Source of the DNA: an uncultured Alphaproteobacteria bacterium
GTDB lineage: Bacteria; Pseudomonadota; Alphaproteobacteria; RF32; CAG-239
DNA length: 64,000 bases
NCBI GenBank assembly: GCA_944392155.1
Contig: CALXVR010000005.1
Coordinates: forward strand, 501-64,500
Direction of reading: 5' to 3'
The position numbers and the translations under genes are program-made. Shown here one piece after another: positions 10,124 through 20,280 of the stretch (positions are counted from its first letter, which is position 1; every line of letters begins with the position of its first letter). The notes beneath the pieces are model-generated. The model had not been told where the DNA came from, made no database searches, and saw only the letters and a list, made by a program, of their open reading frames with translations.

Positions 10124-10138
10124 ATATCTTATTTTTTT

Positions 10139-10154
10139 TGGCACGGTATTTGCA
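10139..10154 (+). promoter_or_regulatory. Sigma54 (-24/-12) promoter of fliK-flgD-flgE
   Basis: TGGCAC-GGTAT-TTGCA is an exact match to TGGCAC-N5-TTGCW, 40 nt before ATG 10195. Confidence 0.85.
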
Positions 10155-10194
10155 TAAAAAAACGCAAGATGTTTTTTATATGAGGATTTCGGTC

Positions 10195-11862
10195 ATGGAA
10201 TTAAATGAGATTAAAAACCAGCTGGCAAGCTTGATGAGTTTTAATAAAATAAATGTGTCATCCGGTGTCGAGAGTGACGCTTTCGCTCAGTTGCTGGGAA
10301 AAAATACCGAGGCTGAAAAGACTCCTATGCGTGATACAAATCGCGTGGAAACCAAGGAAAATGATAAGCGCGCTGATGTCTCGGATAAATCTGAGAATAA
10401 ATCTTCTGCGACCGAAGATAAAAAACGTCCTGAAGCTAATGATAATAATTCCGAGCAAAAACAGGAAGTTTCATCAAAAGAGCAATCTGAGGCTCCGTCT
10501 CGGGAAAAAGATAAAAATGTAGCTAAAGAAGAAGTAGCTTCGCAGGGAAAAGCTGAGGATAAGGGTTCATTGGAGGCAAAGCCGCAGGAGGCAGGATCGG
10601 AAAATCAACCCGGAGAGGATGCGGAAAAGGCTGCAAATTCTGTTGTTGTTCCTTTGTTTGACTTGTCTTTGATGGGGATAATCAATGTCGTTAATCCTGA
10701 AAACGGTGAACTGGTTCAGATGACCGGTGCCGAATTGGCTGCTCAGCTCGCTGGAGATGATTCTCTGCAAGCCGTTATGACAATGCCGCAAGAAGGCGGA
10801 GAGCCCGTGTTTACAATAGTTCCGGCAAACACGGAAGGCGAGATGCAACTGCCGACATCTTCCGAAGCAGCCGGAGTTTTGGATGTTAGTGATTTTGTTG
10901 CAACGACAGACGATGATGTTGCAAAGTTGAATATGGAAGAGATTAAAACTCAACTCCAGGATAAGAACTTAAGAAAAGACATGGCCGTACAAGAGGCTGT
11001 TTTGGAAGAAGTTGAGGGACAAAAAGTCAGTGAACAGGCAGCTAAACTATCGGAAGTTATAGGTAAAGAGGTAAGCAAGGCTGAAATTAAAGTTTCCGTC
11101 AAAGAGGAAAAAATTTCCCAGTTGAGCAGTAATGATTTGTTGGCGGGAACGAACAGCTCTTCCGATTCTGTGGCTCTGCAAGCTCAGACGGCAACGCTGG
11201 CTGATGACGCTTCTGCAGTTAAAGATTTGAATGTAATGCCGGCAGTTAATATGGCTTCTTCCAATGTGGCTGAGGCCGGAGTTAACAATGTATCTAGAGT
11301 TGCCGGCGTGGAGGCTGGTTCAAACAATCTGAACACGGCAGTTGTTGCCGGAAGCGAATTTGTTAAAGCTGCAAAAGCAGATGCTTCAGCTGAAAGCAAT
11401 CAAACTTCATTCCGCGATATTTATAAAGGTATGAGCAGAGAGATTATAGATCAGGTTAAAGTAAATATTACCAAGTCTGCCGTTAAGGGGATTGATAAGA
11501 TTGATATCTCTTTGAAGCCTGTTGATTTAGGGCATATTGAGGTAAAAATGCAAATCGGCAAAGACGGAAAATTGCAGGCGCATATTATCTCCAGCCGCCC
11601 CGAAACCATGGAAGTTCTCCAAAAGGAAATGCAAACTTTGGAAAAGGCATTTAATGATGCCGGTTTCCAAACCGATGAGGGTTCTCTGAGCTTCAGCTTC
11701 AGAGGAGGCAATCAGGCAAACCAAAATCAAGAACGTGATAATGGCTTGCGTAACTTCATCGGCGATATCTTTGAAAAAGAGGCAAGTAATGACCTCTTGG
11801 CCGGGGATGCTTTCCAGAATCAGTCTTGGAACGGAACAACCGGTCTAAACATCAGAGTTTAA
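10195..11862 (+). CDS. fliK: Flagellar hook-length control protein
   Basis: C-terminal ISLKPVDLGHIEVKMQI...LEKAFNDAGF domain; disordered N-terminus; lies upstream of flgD; GAGGA RBS before ATG 10195. Confidence 0.9.
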   Translation: MELNEIKNQLASLMSFNKINVSSGVESDAFAQLLGKNTEAEKTPMRDTNRVETKENDKRADVSDKSENKSSATEDKKRPEANDNNSEQKQEVSSKEQSEAPSREKDKNVAKEEVASQGKAEDKGSLEAKPQEAGSENQPGEDAEKAANSVVVPLFDLSLMGIINVVNPENGELVQMTGAELAAQLAGDDSLQAVMTMPQEGGEPVFTIVPANTEGEMQLPTSSEAAGVLDVSDFVATTDDDVAKLNMEEIKTQLQDKNLRKDMAVQEAVLEEVEGQKVSEQAAKLSEVIGKEVSKAEIKVSVKEEKISQLSSNDLLAGTNSSSDSVALQAQTATLADDASAVKDLNVMPAVNMASSNVAEAGVNNVSRVAGVEAGSNNLNTAVVAGSEFVKAAKADASAESNQTSFRDIYKGMSREIIDQVKVNITKSAVKGIDKIDISLKPVDLGHIEVKMQIGKDGKLQAHIISSRPETMEVLQKEMQTLEKAFNDAGFQTDEGSLSFSFRGGNQANQNQERDNGLRNFIGDIFEKEASNDLLAGDAFQNQSWNGTTGLNIRV

Positions 11863-11874
11863 GGGGGAAGAACA

Positions 11875-12717
11875 ATGACAGACGTAAACGCATTAAACGG
11901 TTACACTCAGACAGGGACGACAACCAACACCGCCTCTCAGAATCTGTCGGCGGACATGAACACCTTTCTGACTTTGTTAACCACACAGTTAAAATATCAA
12001 GATCCGTTGGATCCGATGGATACGGCTGAGTTCACCAACCAATTGGTTCAGTATTCAAGCGTTGAACAAGCCATCCAGACCAATGAAAAATTGGATAACT
12101 TGTTGAGCATGAATATTGCTAACCTTGGCGCTCAAGCTGTTTCCTATATCGGCAAAGTAGCTCAGGTTATGGGTAACGTAATGCCTTTGGAAGGCGGCAA
12201 AGCCAAAGCAACCTATACATTAGATAAAAATGTTGTTAGTGCGACAATCGTAGTTAAAGACATGAACGGCAACATAGTTTATTCAGAGCAAGGCAAAGTA
12301 ACATCCGGTACTCATGAGTTCACATGGGACGGAAAGGATGCAAACGGCAATCAGTTGGAGGACGGAGCTTATAAAATTGAAGTTTCTACCAAGGTTGCAA
12401 GCGGAGAAACAGCGGCAAATGTTGTGACAACAGTATTTGGTCGTGTAACTGGTGTCGCAAGCGATTCCAGCGGCGTATATGTCGGCTTGGGTGACGCGGT
12501 AACGGCAGCTTTAGGTGATATTTTGACCGTTCGCAATGATGACTATTTTAATAAGGATGACGGAGCAACCGACGGAGAAGGAACCGACGGTGGCGACGAG
12601 AATACAACCCCACCGGAAGAAGGGGGAGACGAGGATGGCGCTCTGGAAACGGCAGCCGCTGTCTTTGGTCGGGCCGCAGGCGAAGCAGTTAAAGCAGCAG
12701 CTTTCGGTTTAATTTAA
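11875..12717 (+). CDS. flgD: Hook capping protein FlgD with an acidic C-terminal extension
   Basis: FLTLLTTQLKYQDPLDPMD and FTWDGKDANGNQLEDGAYKI. Confidence 0.95.
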   Translation: MTDVNALNGYTQTGTTTNTASQNLSADMNTFLTLLTTQLKYQDPLDPMDTAEFTNQLVQYSSVEQAIQTNEKLDNLLSMNIANLGAQAVSYIGKVAQVMGNVMPLEGGKAKATYTLDKNVVSATIVVKDMNGNIVYSEQGKVTSGTHEFTWDGKDANGNQLEDGAYKIEVSTKVASGETAANVVTTVFGRVTGVASDSSGVYVGLGDAVTAALGDILTVRNDDYFNKDDGATDGEGTDGGDENTTPPEEGGDEDGALETAAAVFGRAAGEAVKAAAFGLI

Positions 12718-12738
12718 TAGAACTTTAGGAGAGAGAAA

Positions 12739-14997
12739 ATGAGTATTTTTGGTGCAATGCAGTCCGGTATTTCGGCTTTGGCATCCCAGTCCAGTTCAAT
12801 GGGCGCCATTTCCGACAATATCGCTAACGTAAACACCGTGGGTTACAAAAACAACTCAGTTGCTTTTTCAACCCTGGTTACCAAACAAACATCATCAAGC
12901 CTGTATTCACCGGGTGGTGTGCAATCTGGTCCGAAACAAAGCATTAGTGCACAAGGTTTGCTTTCGGCAACATCAAATTCTACCGATGTGGCCATCAGTG
13001 GTTCAGGTTTCTTTGTAGTGAACCAAGCGGCCAACCCTGGCGAAGGTGACTTGTGGGCTTACACCAGAGCCGGTAGCTTTTCCGTAGACCAAAACGGTTT
13101 CTTAAAAAATACTGGCGGTTACTATGCGCAAGCTTGGTCTTTGTTGCCGTGGGACGGCAATCCGAACGCCACGGTCGTAGATGTAAACGGCATCAAATAT
13201 ATGAAAGCTTATTATGATTCTGCCGGCAATACTGTTTATATCAATGATAACATTATTGATGGTACAAACTTGCGCCCTGTTAACTTATCAAACATCGGTG
13301 GTACGGCAACTCCGACACATCAAATCAGTTTAGGTGCAAACTTGCCGTCATCAGATCCTATTTATGACCCGACCAATGCGGCAGCAGGTGGAAAACGCAA
13401 AGTTTCGGCTTTGATTTATGATAGCTTGGGCAATGCCAGCAACATGAGCTTGGAATATACCAAGACAAGTTCTAACGGTTGGTCTATGGGAGCTTCCGTT
13501 CCGAGCGGAGCCGCCAGTGTAACTCTGTACGGCGGAAGAGAAACTGGTGCGGATGTTAACCAAGATGTTTACTATGCCGCCGGTCAGCTTGAATTTACAA
13601 AAATTCCGGAAAATGGCTCAAGCATTGCCATTACGGATGCGGGAACAGGCGTAACTTATAACTTCATTTTCACTAACGGTACGGCAACAATTCCGCCAGA
13701 TGCCGGTAATAATAAGTATATTGCCGTAGACATCGCAACCGGAATTATAACAACCAGCGACTTTGCTGAGGCATTTGAAACAGCCCTGAGAGAAAATATG
13801 CCGTCCGCAAATCGTTTCACGGCAGAAGGTAGCACGATTCAAATCGTTCAATCCGTAGCCGGCTCAGCGCTGACTATCGATGCAAGCAAAACCTTGGCTT
13901 GTGTACAAAGTGCGACCAATCCGGCACAAGACACGGGTATTCCGACAGGTGTATTTACCATTCAGGCTATTGATAATGACATCAAAAACACGGCACGCAT
14001 TGACTTCACGTCAACCACAGCGGCTGATTATCTGAACAAAACTATTACGCTTGATGGAAAAACCTATCATTTTGTAAACACAGATACACCGGATACGCCG
14101 GATGACGGAAACTACTATGTAAATATTTCCGATGCCATCAGCGGTGGAAAAGTTGATGTCGCCAAAATGATGAATATTTTTGGCGGTAAGCTCAACACCA
14201 CGGCAACTGAACCTTCTCGTTTTGTTGTCAGCGGTTCATCTTTGGAAATTTTGCCGACCTCAACCGGTGGCGATATTGAAATTGATACCACGGATTTGGG
14301 TGCCGCCATTAATGGTATCGTCAGAGATAAAGACACCAACACATGGAAGTCGATTCAAAATACAACGGCAACATTGGGCAGCGAATTTATCGTAAATGGT
14401 ACAGAGGTTGAGCAAGGCGCCGTCGTTCCGGCAGTTCGTTTTAATGCCGATGGTACACCGAAATACTTTTATGTAGATGAAATGGCTATTGAGTGGTCTA
14501 ATGGTGCACAGAATATGGACGGAGATCCGGATAACGGAACACGCATCACACTCAATATGGGTAATGTTGGAACCAACGATGGTTTGACTAACTTGTCAGG
14601 AGATTTCTTGACCAACTACATTAATCAAGACGGTGCAAAGTTCGGTAGCTATACCGGTGTAAGCATCAGTGAAGATGGTGTTGTAACCGCATTGTTTGAT
14701 AACGGTGAAACTCGTCCGATTGCCATTCTTCCTTTGGCCACCTTTGCCAATGCGGAAGGTATGGATGCCTTAACCGGTAACACCTGGATTGAAACGGATG
14801 CTTCAGGTCAAGCTATGTTAAGACAAGCCGGAACCAACGGCGCAGGTGAGATTACGGCTTACTCCTTAGAGTCTTCAAACGTAGACTTGGCAGCAGAGTT
14901 CTCTAATATGATTGTAACGCAGAGAGCATATTCGGCAGCAACCAAGATTATTACGACAGCTGATGAAATGCTGGATGAACTCACCCGTATGACATAG
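12739..14997 (+). CDS. flgE: Flagellar hook protein FlgE, long form (752 aa)
   Basis: ISDNIANVNTVGYK, YTRAGSF and LESSNVDLAAEFSNMIVTQRAY. Confidence 0.95.
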   Translation: MSIFGAMQSGISALASQSSSMGAISDNIANVNTVGYKNNSVAFSTLVTKQTSSSLYSPGGVQSGPKQSISAQGLLSATSNSTDVAISGSGFFVVNQAANPGEGDLWAYTRAGSFSVDQNGFLKNTGGYYAQAWSLLPWDGNPNATVVDVNGIKYMKAYYDSAGNTVYINDNIIDGTNLRPVNLSNIGGTATPTHQISLGANLPSSDPIYDPTNAAAGGKRKVSALIYDSLGNASNMSLEYTKTSSNGWSMGASVPSGAASVTLYGGRETGADVNQDVYYAAGQLEFTKIPENGSSIAITDAGTGVTYNFIFTNGTATIPPDAGNNKYIAVDIATGIITTSDFAEAFETALRENMPSANRFTAEGSTIQIVQSVAGSALTIDASKTLACVQSATNPAQDTGIPTGVFTIQAIDNDIKNTARIDFTSTTAADYLNKTITLDGKTYHFVNTDTPDTPDDGNYYVNISDAISGGKVDVAKMMNIFGGKLNTTATEPSRFVVSGSSLEILPTSTGGDIEIDTTDLGAAINGIVRDKDTNTWKSIQNTTATLGSEFIVNGTEVEQGAVVPAVRFNADGTPKYFYVDEMAIEWSNGAQNMDGDPDNGTRITLNMGNVGTNDGLTNLSGDFLTNYINQDGAKFGSYTGVSISEDGVVTALFDNGETRPIAILPLATFANAEGMDALTGNTWIETDASGQAMLRQAGTNGAGEITAYSLESSNVDLAAEFSNMIVTQRAYSAATKIITTADEMLDELTRMT

Positions 14998-15034
14998 AAT
15001 TAAGAATAATTCTTATAAAATTTCTCCCCTAAAG

Positions 15035-15060
15035 AAAGGCCGCCAGAAGGCGGCCTTTTT
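15035..15060 (+). terminator. Terminator after flgE
   Basis: GGCCGCC-agaa-GGCGGCC-T5. Confidence 0.85.
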
Positions 15061-15183
15061 CTGCATTTAAAAACAAAGCCTTGTGAATATATGTTAATTA
15101 ATCGTTTTAATCTGAAAAAAATTAAGCTAATACATAAAACAAATGGGGAAATGTAGTTATTTATTTATGGATTGGGGAATCTG

Positions 15184-16803
15184 GTGAATAATTTTATACA
15201 GAATATCAAAAATTTGTCGCCCGGACGTCTGGCTTCAATAGCGGCGGTTGCAATATTTTTGATAAGTTTTTTTGTTTATCTGGCGACAAAGCTTAATACC
15301 GGTGATTATGCTATTTTATATACGGATTTGGAAATGGAAGATGCTAAACAAATTGTTCAGCATCTGGAAACGGCCAATATAAAATATCGATTGACTAAAA
15401 ACGGCACGGAAATATTAGTCCCTCAAGAAGCTGTCAATAAAATGCGTATAGATACCGCGGATTTGGCTCTTGCCTCCAAAGGTTCCAACGTCGGGTATGA
15501 AATTTTTGATCATACAGATGCACTCGGTTCTACCAATTTTGTTCAAAATGTTAATCTGATAAGAGCACTTGAAGGCGAATTGGCTCGTACGATTCGTTCC
15601 GTAAATCATATAAAATCTGCGCGAGTACATCTTGTTTTGCCTAAGAGAGAAATGTTTTCTCGAGAGGAGCAAATGCCGACGGCATCAGTTGTGATAAAAA
15701 CCGACGGTGGTCAGTTGAGCTTGGAAAATATTCGCTCAATTCAGCAGTTGGTGGCCGCGGCCGTTCCAAAGCTTGATGTGAAAAATGTTTCGATTGTTGA
15801 TAGCAACGGAAATCTCTTAACCAATAATTTTGAAGATGAAGAGGCTGTTCAGGTCGCCAATAACGAAGCGATGCGCTTGGACCAAGAACGTAAAATGTCT
15901 CAACAAGTTCAAAACTTATTGGAAAAGAGCATCGGTGAAGGAAAAGTACGTGCTCAAGTTAATCTGGAAATGGATTTTGACCAGGTCGTAACCAACGAAG
16001 AGATTTATGATCCTGATTCTCAGGTTGTTCGTTCTCAGGCCACCATTACGGATAATTCAACCAGTAATGAAATTGAGCAACCGGTAAGTGTGGCTCAAAA
16101 TATTCCCAACGGCGATGTCGTTGTTGAGGATAACGGGACAATAAGTCGTAAGTCTCGTACGGAAGAAACTATTAATTACGAAATTTCAAAGATAGTTCGC
16201 AATAAAGTCAAAAATAGCGGAACCATAAAAAGGTTGGGCGTAGCCGTTATTGTGGACGGAATTTATGAACGCAACAGTGAAGGTAAGCTTGTTTACAGAG
16301 AGCGTACGGCGGAAGAGATGGATCAAATTCGCTCATTGGTAAAATCTGCGGTTGGCTTTGATGCCGAGCGCGGAGATATGGTGGAGGTTGCAAATATGCA
16401 ATTTGCATCTAACCAGCCGGAACTGGATGTTGTTGAAGAAACCTTGATTATGGGCTTTACCAAGGACGAGTTGATTCGCATTGCGGAGGGTATAGGTGTT
16501 GCCATAGTTGCTATCTTGGTTATCTTGTTAGTTATCCGTCCGCTGATTAATAACGCCTTTGAAACCAACACAGCCAATGGAGAAGGTCGTTTGCTGGGAG
16601 ACAATGCTGAAGAGGATAATTTGCTCTTGTCTAACTTCTTGAACGAGGAAGACAGTGAGATTGATGAACTGATTAATATGAACAAGATTGATGGTCGAAT
16701 TAAAGTTTCATCACTCAAGAGAATTAATGACATTGTAGAGAAAAATCCGGATGCTGCAGTCAACATTATTCGCGGTTGGCTTTACTCCAATGATGGCAAT
16801 TAA
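15184..16803 (+). CDS. fliF: Flagellar M-ring protein
   Basis: RALEGELARTI, ARVHLVLP, two TM segments; GTG start at 15184 preferred over TTG at 15172. Confidence 0.95.
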   Translation: MNNFIQNIKNLSPGRLASIAAVAIFLISFFVYLATKLNTGDYAILYTDLEMEDAKQIVQHLETANIKYRLTKNGTEILVPQEAVNKMRIDTADLALASKGSNVGYEIFDHTDALGSTNFVQNVNLIRALEGELARTIRSVNHIKSARVHLVLPKREMFSREEQMPTASVVIKTDGGQLSLENIRSIQQLVAAAVPKLDVKNVSIVDSNGNLLTNNFEDEEAVQVANNEAMRLDQERKMSQQVQNLLEKSIGEGKVRAQVNLEMDFDQVVTNEEIYDPDSQVVRSQATITDNSTSNEIEQPVSVAQNIPNGDVVVEDNGTISRKSRTEETINYEISKIVRNKVKNSGTIKRLGVAVIVDGIYERNSEGKLVYRERTAEEMDQIRSLVKSAVGFDAERGDMVEVANMQFASNQPELDVVEETLIMGFTKDELIRIAEGIGVAIVAILVILLVIRPLINNAFETNTANGEGRLLGDNAEEDNLLLSNFLNEEDSEIDELINMNKIDGRIKVSSLKRINDIVEKNPDAAVNIIRGWLYSNDGN

Positions 16804-16818
16804 GATTGGGATATAAGT

Positions 16819-17841
16819 ATGAAGCAAAATGTAATAGATGATTATAATTTACTTTCAGGCCAGCAAAAAGCGGCAATATTAATGATGTCCTTAGATGAAG
16901 ATAAGTCGGCCCAAATATTTTCATTAATGGATGATGAAGAGATAAAAGAGCTTTCTGTCATCATGGCAAGCTTGGGTAAGGTAAATTCTAATGTCGTTGA
17001 GCAACTTTTTCAGGAATTTACTGAGAAGTCAACCAATACGGGGGCATTAATAGGAACATTTGAAAGTACGGAACGCTTGCTGTCCAAAACTTTGGATAAA
17101 GATCGCGTTGCCGCTATTATGGAAGAAATTAGCGGACCGGCGGGTCGCACGATGTGGGATAAGCTGGGTAATGTTAATGAGCATGTTTTGGCAAACTATT
17201 TGAAAAACGAATATCCGCAAACAATTGCGGTAATCTTGTCAAAGATTAAAGCAGAACATGCCGCAAAAGTTATTGCCTTGTTGCCCGAAAATTTCGCCAT
17301 GGAAATCGTAATGAGAATGTTGCGCATGGATTCTGTTCAAAAAGAGGTTTTGGATGGATTGGAGAAAACCTTGCGCAAAGAATTCATGTCTAACTTGTCT
17401 AAATCTACAAGACGCGATTCTCATGAGCTTATTGCTGATATTTTCAACTCTTTGGACCGCAATACGGAAGGTCGGTTTATGGAGGCCTTGGAAGAAAGAA
17501 ACAGAGAGAGTGCCGAACGCGTCAAATCTCTTATGTTTACGTTTGAAGATTTGGTTCGCGTCGATTCTCAAGGTATTCAGGTATTGTTGCGTAATATTGA
17601 CAAAGATAAGCTGGCCATCGCTCTGAAAGGCGCTTCGGAAACTATCAAAGATTTGTTCTTCAACAACATGTCTTCTCGTGCCGGAAAAATTATTAAGGAA
17701 GATATGGAGGCGATGGGACCTGTTCGTTTGCGTGATGTTGAAGAAGCTCAACAATATATCGTTACGACCACTAAAGAGCTGTCCAATGCTGGTGAGATAG
17801 TTATCAGTGAAGGCAAAGAAAACGACGAGTTGATTTACTAA
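16819..17841 (+). CDS. fliG: Flagellar motor switch protein FliG
   Basis: QKAAIL, EYPQTIAVILS, MFTFEDL and GPVRLRDVEEAQ. Confidence 0.96.
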   Translation: MKQNVIDDYNLLSGQQKAAILMMSLDEDKSAQIFSLMDDEEIKELSVIMASLGKVNSNVVEQLFQEFTEKSTNTGALIGTFESTERLLSKTLDKDRVAAIMEEISGPAGRTMWDKLGNVNEHVLANYLKNEYPQTIAVILSKIKAEHAAKVIALLPENFAMEIVMRMLRMDSVQKEVLDGLEKTLRKEFMSNLSKSTRRDSHELIADIFNSLDRNTEGRFMEALEERNRESAERVKSLMFTFEDLVRVDSQGIQVLLRNIDKDKLAIALKGASETIKDLFFNNMSSRAGKIIKEDMEAMGPVRLRDVEEAQQYIVTTTKELSNAGEIVISEGKENDELIY

Positions 17842-17854
17842 CGGATAAGCGGCG

Positions 17855-18586
17855 ATGGCTGAGCTCAGAAAATTTTTATTTGATAATTTTGTCATAGAGG
17901 ACAAGAAAAAAAATAAGCCGGATTTGATAGAGCCAGAACCGGTTGAAGAGCCTATTCTGGAAGAAGAGCCGGAACAGGTAAAAATAGAACCGGAACCAGA
18001 GCCCGTTATCAAAGATAAAGAACCTGAGCCGGAAGTTGTCACTTTCAGTGAAGAAGAAGTTGCAGAAAAAGTTAAGGAAGCGCAACAACAGGGATATGAA
18101 AATGGCATCAAGGCGGCGCAAGATAGCATTGAACAAGAAACCAAAGCTTTACTGGAAAGTATCAATACTAAGCTAATAACCTTAATAGCCAACACGGTTA
18201 AAGCCGAAGAAACCGCCGAAAAAGAGGTCTTTGCCTTAGCTCGAGCCGTCATTGATAAGCTGGTTCCGGGGCTAAACGATAAATATGCGGCAGAAATTGT
18301 AAGCAAATTTATTGCAGATAATTTCAACAGTTTTAAAAAGGAAGCAAAATTATCTTTCTATATTCATCCTGATATTATATCATATGCGCAGGAAACAATA
18401 GCAAAGCTCGCAAACAGCCACGATTTTGAAGGGAAAATTGCATTGCATAAAGATGCAAGTTTAGATAAAGCTGATTGTCGGGTCGAGTGGGAAAATGGCG
18501 GTGTCGAACGAAATTCGGAAAAGCTGGGTGAAAAAATAAAAGATTTATTAGCGGAAGAACCTGAAGGGAACCAAAACAATGAGTGA
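17855..18586 (+). CDS. fliH: FliH family export apparatus protein
   Basis: KFLFD N-terminus, AQQQGYENG, DCRVEWENGGVER; lies between fliG and fliN. Confidence 0.85.
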   Translation: MAELRKFLFDNFVIEDKKKNKPDLIEPEPVEEPILEEEPEQVKIEPEPEPVIKDKEPEPEVVTFSEEEVAEKVKEAQQQGYENGIKAAQDSIEQETKALLESINTKLITLIANTVKAEETAEKEVFALARAVIDKLVPGLNDKYAAEIVSKFIADNFNSFKKEAKLSFYIHPDIISYAQETIAKLANSHDFEGKIALHKDASLDKADCRVEWENGGVERNSEKLGEKIKDLLAEEPEGNQNNE

Positions 18587-18932
18587 AAATTTGGAGTTGG
18601 ATGAGTTGAGCGAAAGCGCCGGAATGGACGATGAGCCGATACTCAAAAAAGAAAATTTAGATGATAATTTTGATATTCCGAGTTCAGCGAGCGATTTGGA
18701 AGCGGTATATGACATCCCCGTAAAAGTTTCGGCAATTTTAGGTAAGACTAAAATGAAGGTCAGTCAGCTATTAAAACTAAATAAAGGAGCGATTATAGAA
18801 CTTGACCGCAAAGTCGGAGAAGCAATAGATATTTATGTTAATAATAATTTAGTTGCTCGGGGTGAAGTTGTGGTCGTTGATGATAAACTGGGAATAACAA
18901 TGACCGAAATCGTCAAATCGGTAACCAAATAA
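18579..18932 (+). CDS. fliN: Flagellar motor switch protein FliN
   Basis: DIPVKVSAILG...LDRKVGEAIDIYVNNNLVARGEVVVV. Confidence 0.95.
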   Translation: MSENLELDELSESAGMDDEPILKKENLDDNFDIPSSASDLEAVYDIPVKVSAILGKTKMKVSQLLKLNKGAIIELDRKVGEAIDIYVNNNLVARGEVVVVDDKLGITMTEIVKSVTK

Positions 18933-18943
18933 GGTAAAATACA

Positions 18944-20260
18944 ATGGAATTGTTAATTGTCGGAACATTGGACGGACAAATTGGTGCGGCAAGCAAAATT
19001 GCCATAGCACAAGGCGGTCATGTATCTTTAGCGGACAAGATTGAAACAGCTTTGGATATTCTGCGTTCTGGCAAAAATATAGAATTGGTTATGATTGATG
19101 TTAAACTTGATGTACATAAATTTATTTCAAGTTTAGAAAATGAGCGCATAAATGTTTTGGTCGTAGCCGCAGGTGTCTCCAATGATCCTGCTTTAGCGGT
19201 TAATGCGATTAAGGCCGGTGCGAAGGAGTATATCCCTTTACCTCCTGATCCCGAGCTTATCGGAGCGGTTTTGGCTGCGGCAACAAGAGAAAATCACGCC
19301 CTGATATATGGCGACAAAAAAACGGAACAAGTTTTAAAACTGGCAAAGCAGATTGCTCCGTCCGAGGCCAATGTTTTGCTAACGGGAGAGTCCGGCACCG
19401 GTAAAGAAATTTTCTCTCGTTTCGTGCATGACAATTCCAAAAGAGCAAATAAAAAATTTGTGGCGGTAAACTGTGCTGCCATACCGGAAACCCTGTTGGA
19501 ATCAGAACTTTTCGGTTATGAAAAAGGTGCTTTTACGGGAGCTGTTGCGCGTCGTATAGGCAAGTTTGAGGAAGCCTCCGGCGGAACCTTGCTGTTGGAT
19601 GAAATATCAGAGATGGATATTAGAATTCAGGCAAAACTGTTAAGGGCTATTCAGGAAAAAGAAATAGATCGTATCGGTGGTAAGGCACCCATAAAAGTTG
19701 ATACGAGAATTATTGCCACCTCAAACCGCAATTTGGATGAAGCCGTTAAAAATGGTTCTTTCAGACAAGACTTATATTATCGTCTGAATGTGGTTAATAT
19801 TAATATTCCGCCGTTAAGAGACCGTGTGGACGACATTATTGTCTTAGCTAAGCACTTTGTAAAAAAATATTCTGAGCTCAATGATATTGAGATAAAGCCG
19901 ATAGCCAAATCAGCCGAGGAAAAATTGCTCAATTATTTATGGCCGGGCAATGTCAGAGAATTAGAAAACACGATGCACCGAGCTGTTTTGCTTAGCACGG
20001 GAGAAGAGATAGACGATAATGCAATTATCTTGGATTCTCCGGATTCGGTTATAAACAAGAAAGAAGACGAAGTTATGACCGGAGCAGAATTTGTAGGCAA
20101 TACGGTAGCAAATATGGAGCGCAATTTAATAATTGATACTCTGAAACATACAATGGGCAATCGAACTGTTGCCGCAAATATTCTGGGTATATCGATTCGC
20201 ACGTTAAGAAACAAATTAAAACAGTACGAGAGCGAAGGCTTCAGTATTCCGGAAAATTAG
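18944..20260 (+). CDS. flbD: Sigma54-dependent activator FlbD
   Basis: Receiver-like N-terminus, GESGTGKE, ESELFGYEKGAFTGA, C-terminal Fis-type HTH; conserved fliN-flbD-flhA position. Confidence 0.9.
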   Translation: MELLIVGTLDGQIGAASKIAIAQGGHVSLADKIETALDILRSGKNIELVMIDVKLDVHKFISSLENERINVLVVAAGVSNDPALAVNAIKAGAKEYIPLPPDPELIGAVLAAATRENHALIYGDKKTEQVLKLAKQIAPSEANVLLTGESGTGKEIFSRFVHDNSKRANKKFVAVNCAAIPETLLESELFGYEKGAFTGAVARRIGKFEEASGGTLLLDEISEMDIRIQAKLLRAIQEKEIDRIGGKAPIKVDTRIIATSNRNLDEAVKNGSFRQDLYYRLNVVNINIPPLRDRVDDIIVLAKHFVKKYSELNDIEIKPIAKSAEEKLLNYLWPGNVRELENTMHRAVLLSTGEEIDDNAIILDSPDSVINKKEDEVMTGAEFVGNTVANMERNLIIDTLKHTMGNRTVAANILGISIRTLRNKLKQYESEGFSIPEN

Positions 20261-20280
20261 AATAGGTAATTAAAACAGGT

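Noticed and set aside
15090-15130. TTAA-rich stretch upstream of fliF as a CtrA site
   Set aside because: None of the TTAA half-sites are spaced N7 apart
17920-18045. Glu-Pro repeats in fliH, and Lys/Pro-rich runs at 31450-31960
   Set aside because: Low-complexity protein linkers, not DNA repeat elements
17239-18327. 362-aa minus-strand ORF, and similar long antisense ORFs at 20241-20873, 24068-25795, 46937-47515 and 54779-55774
   Set aside because: Shadow frames opposite well-supported conserved genes, with no motifs or RBS
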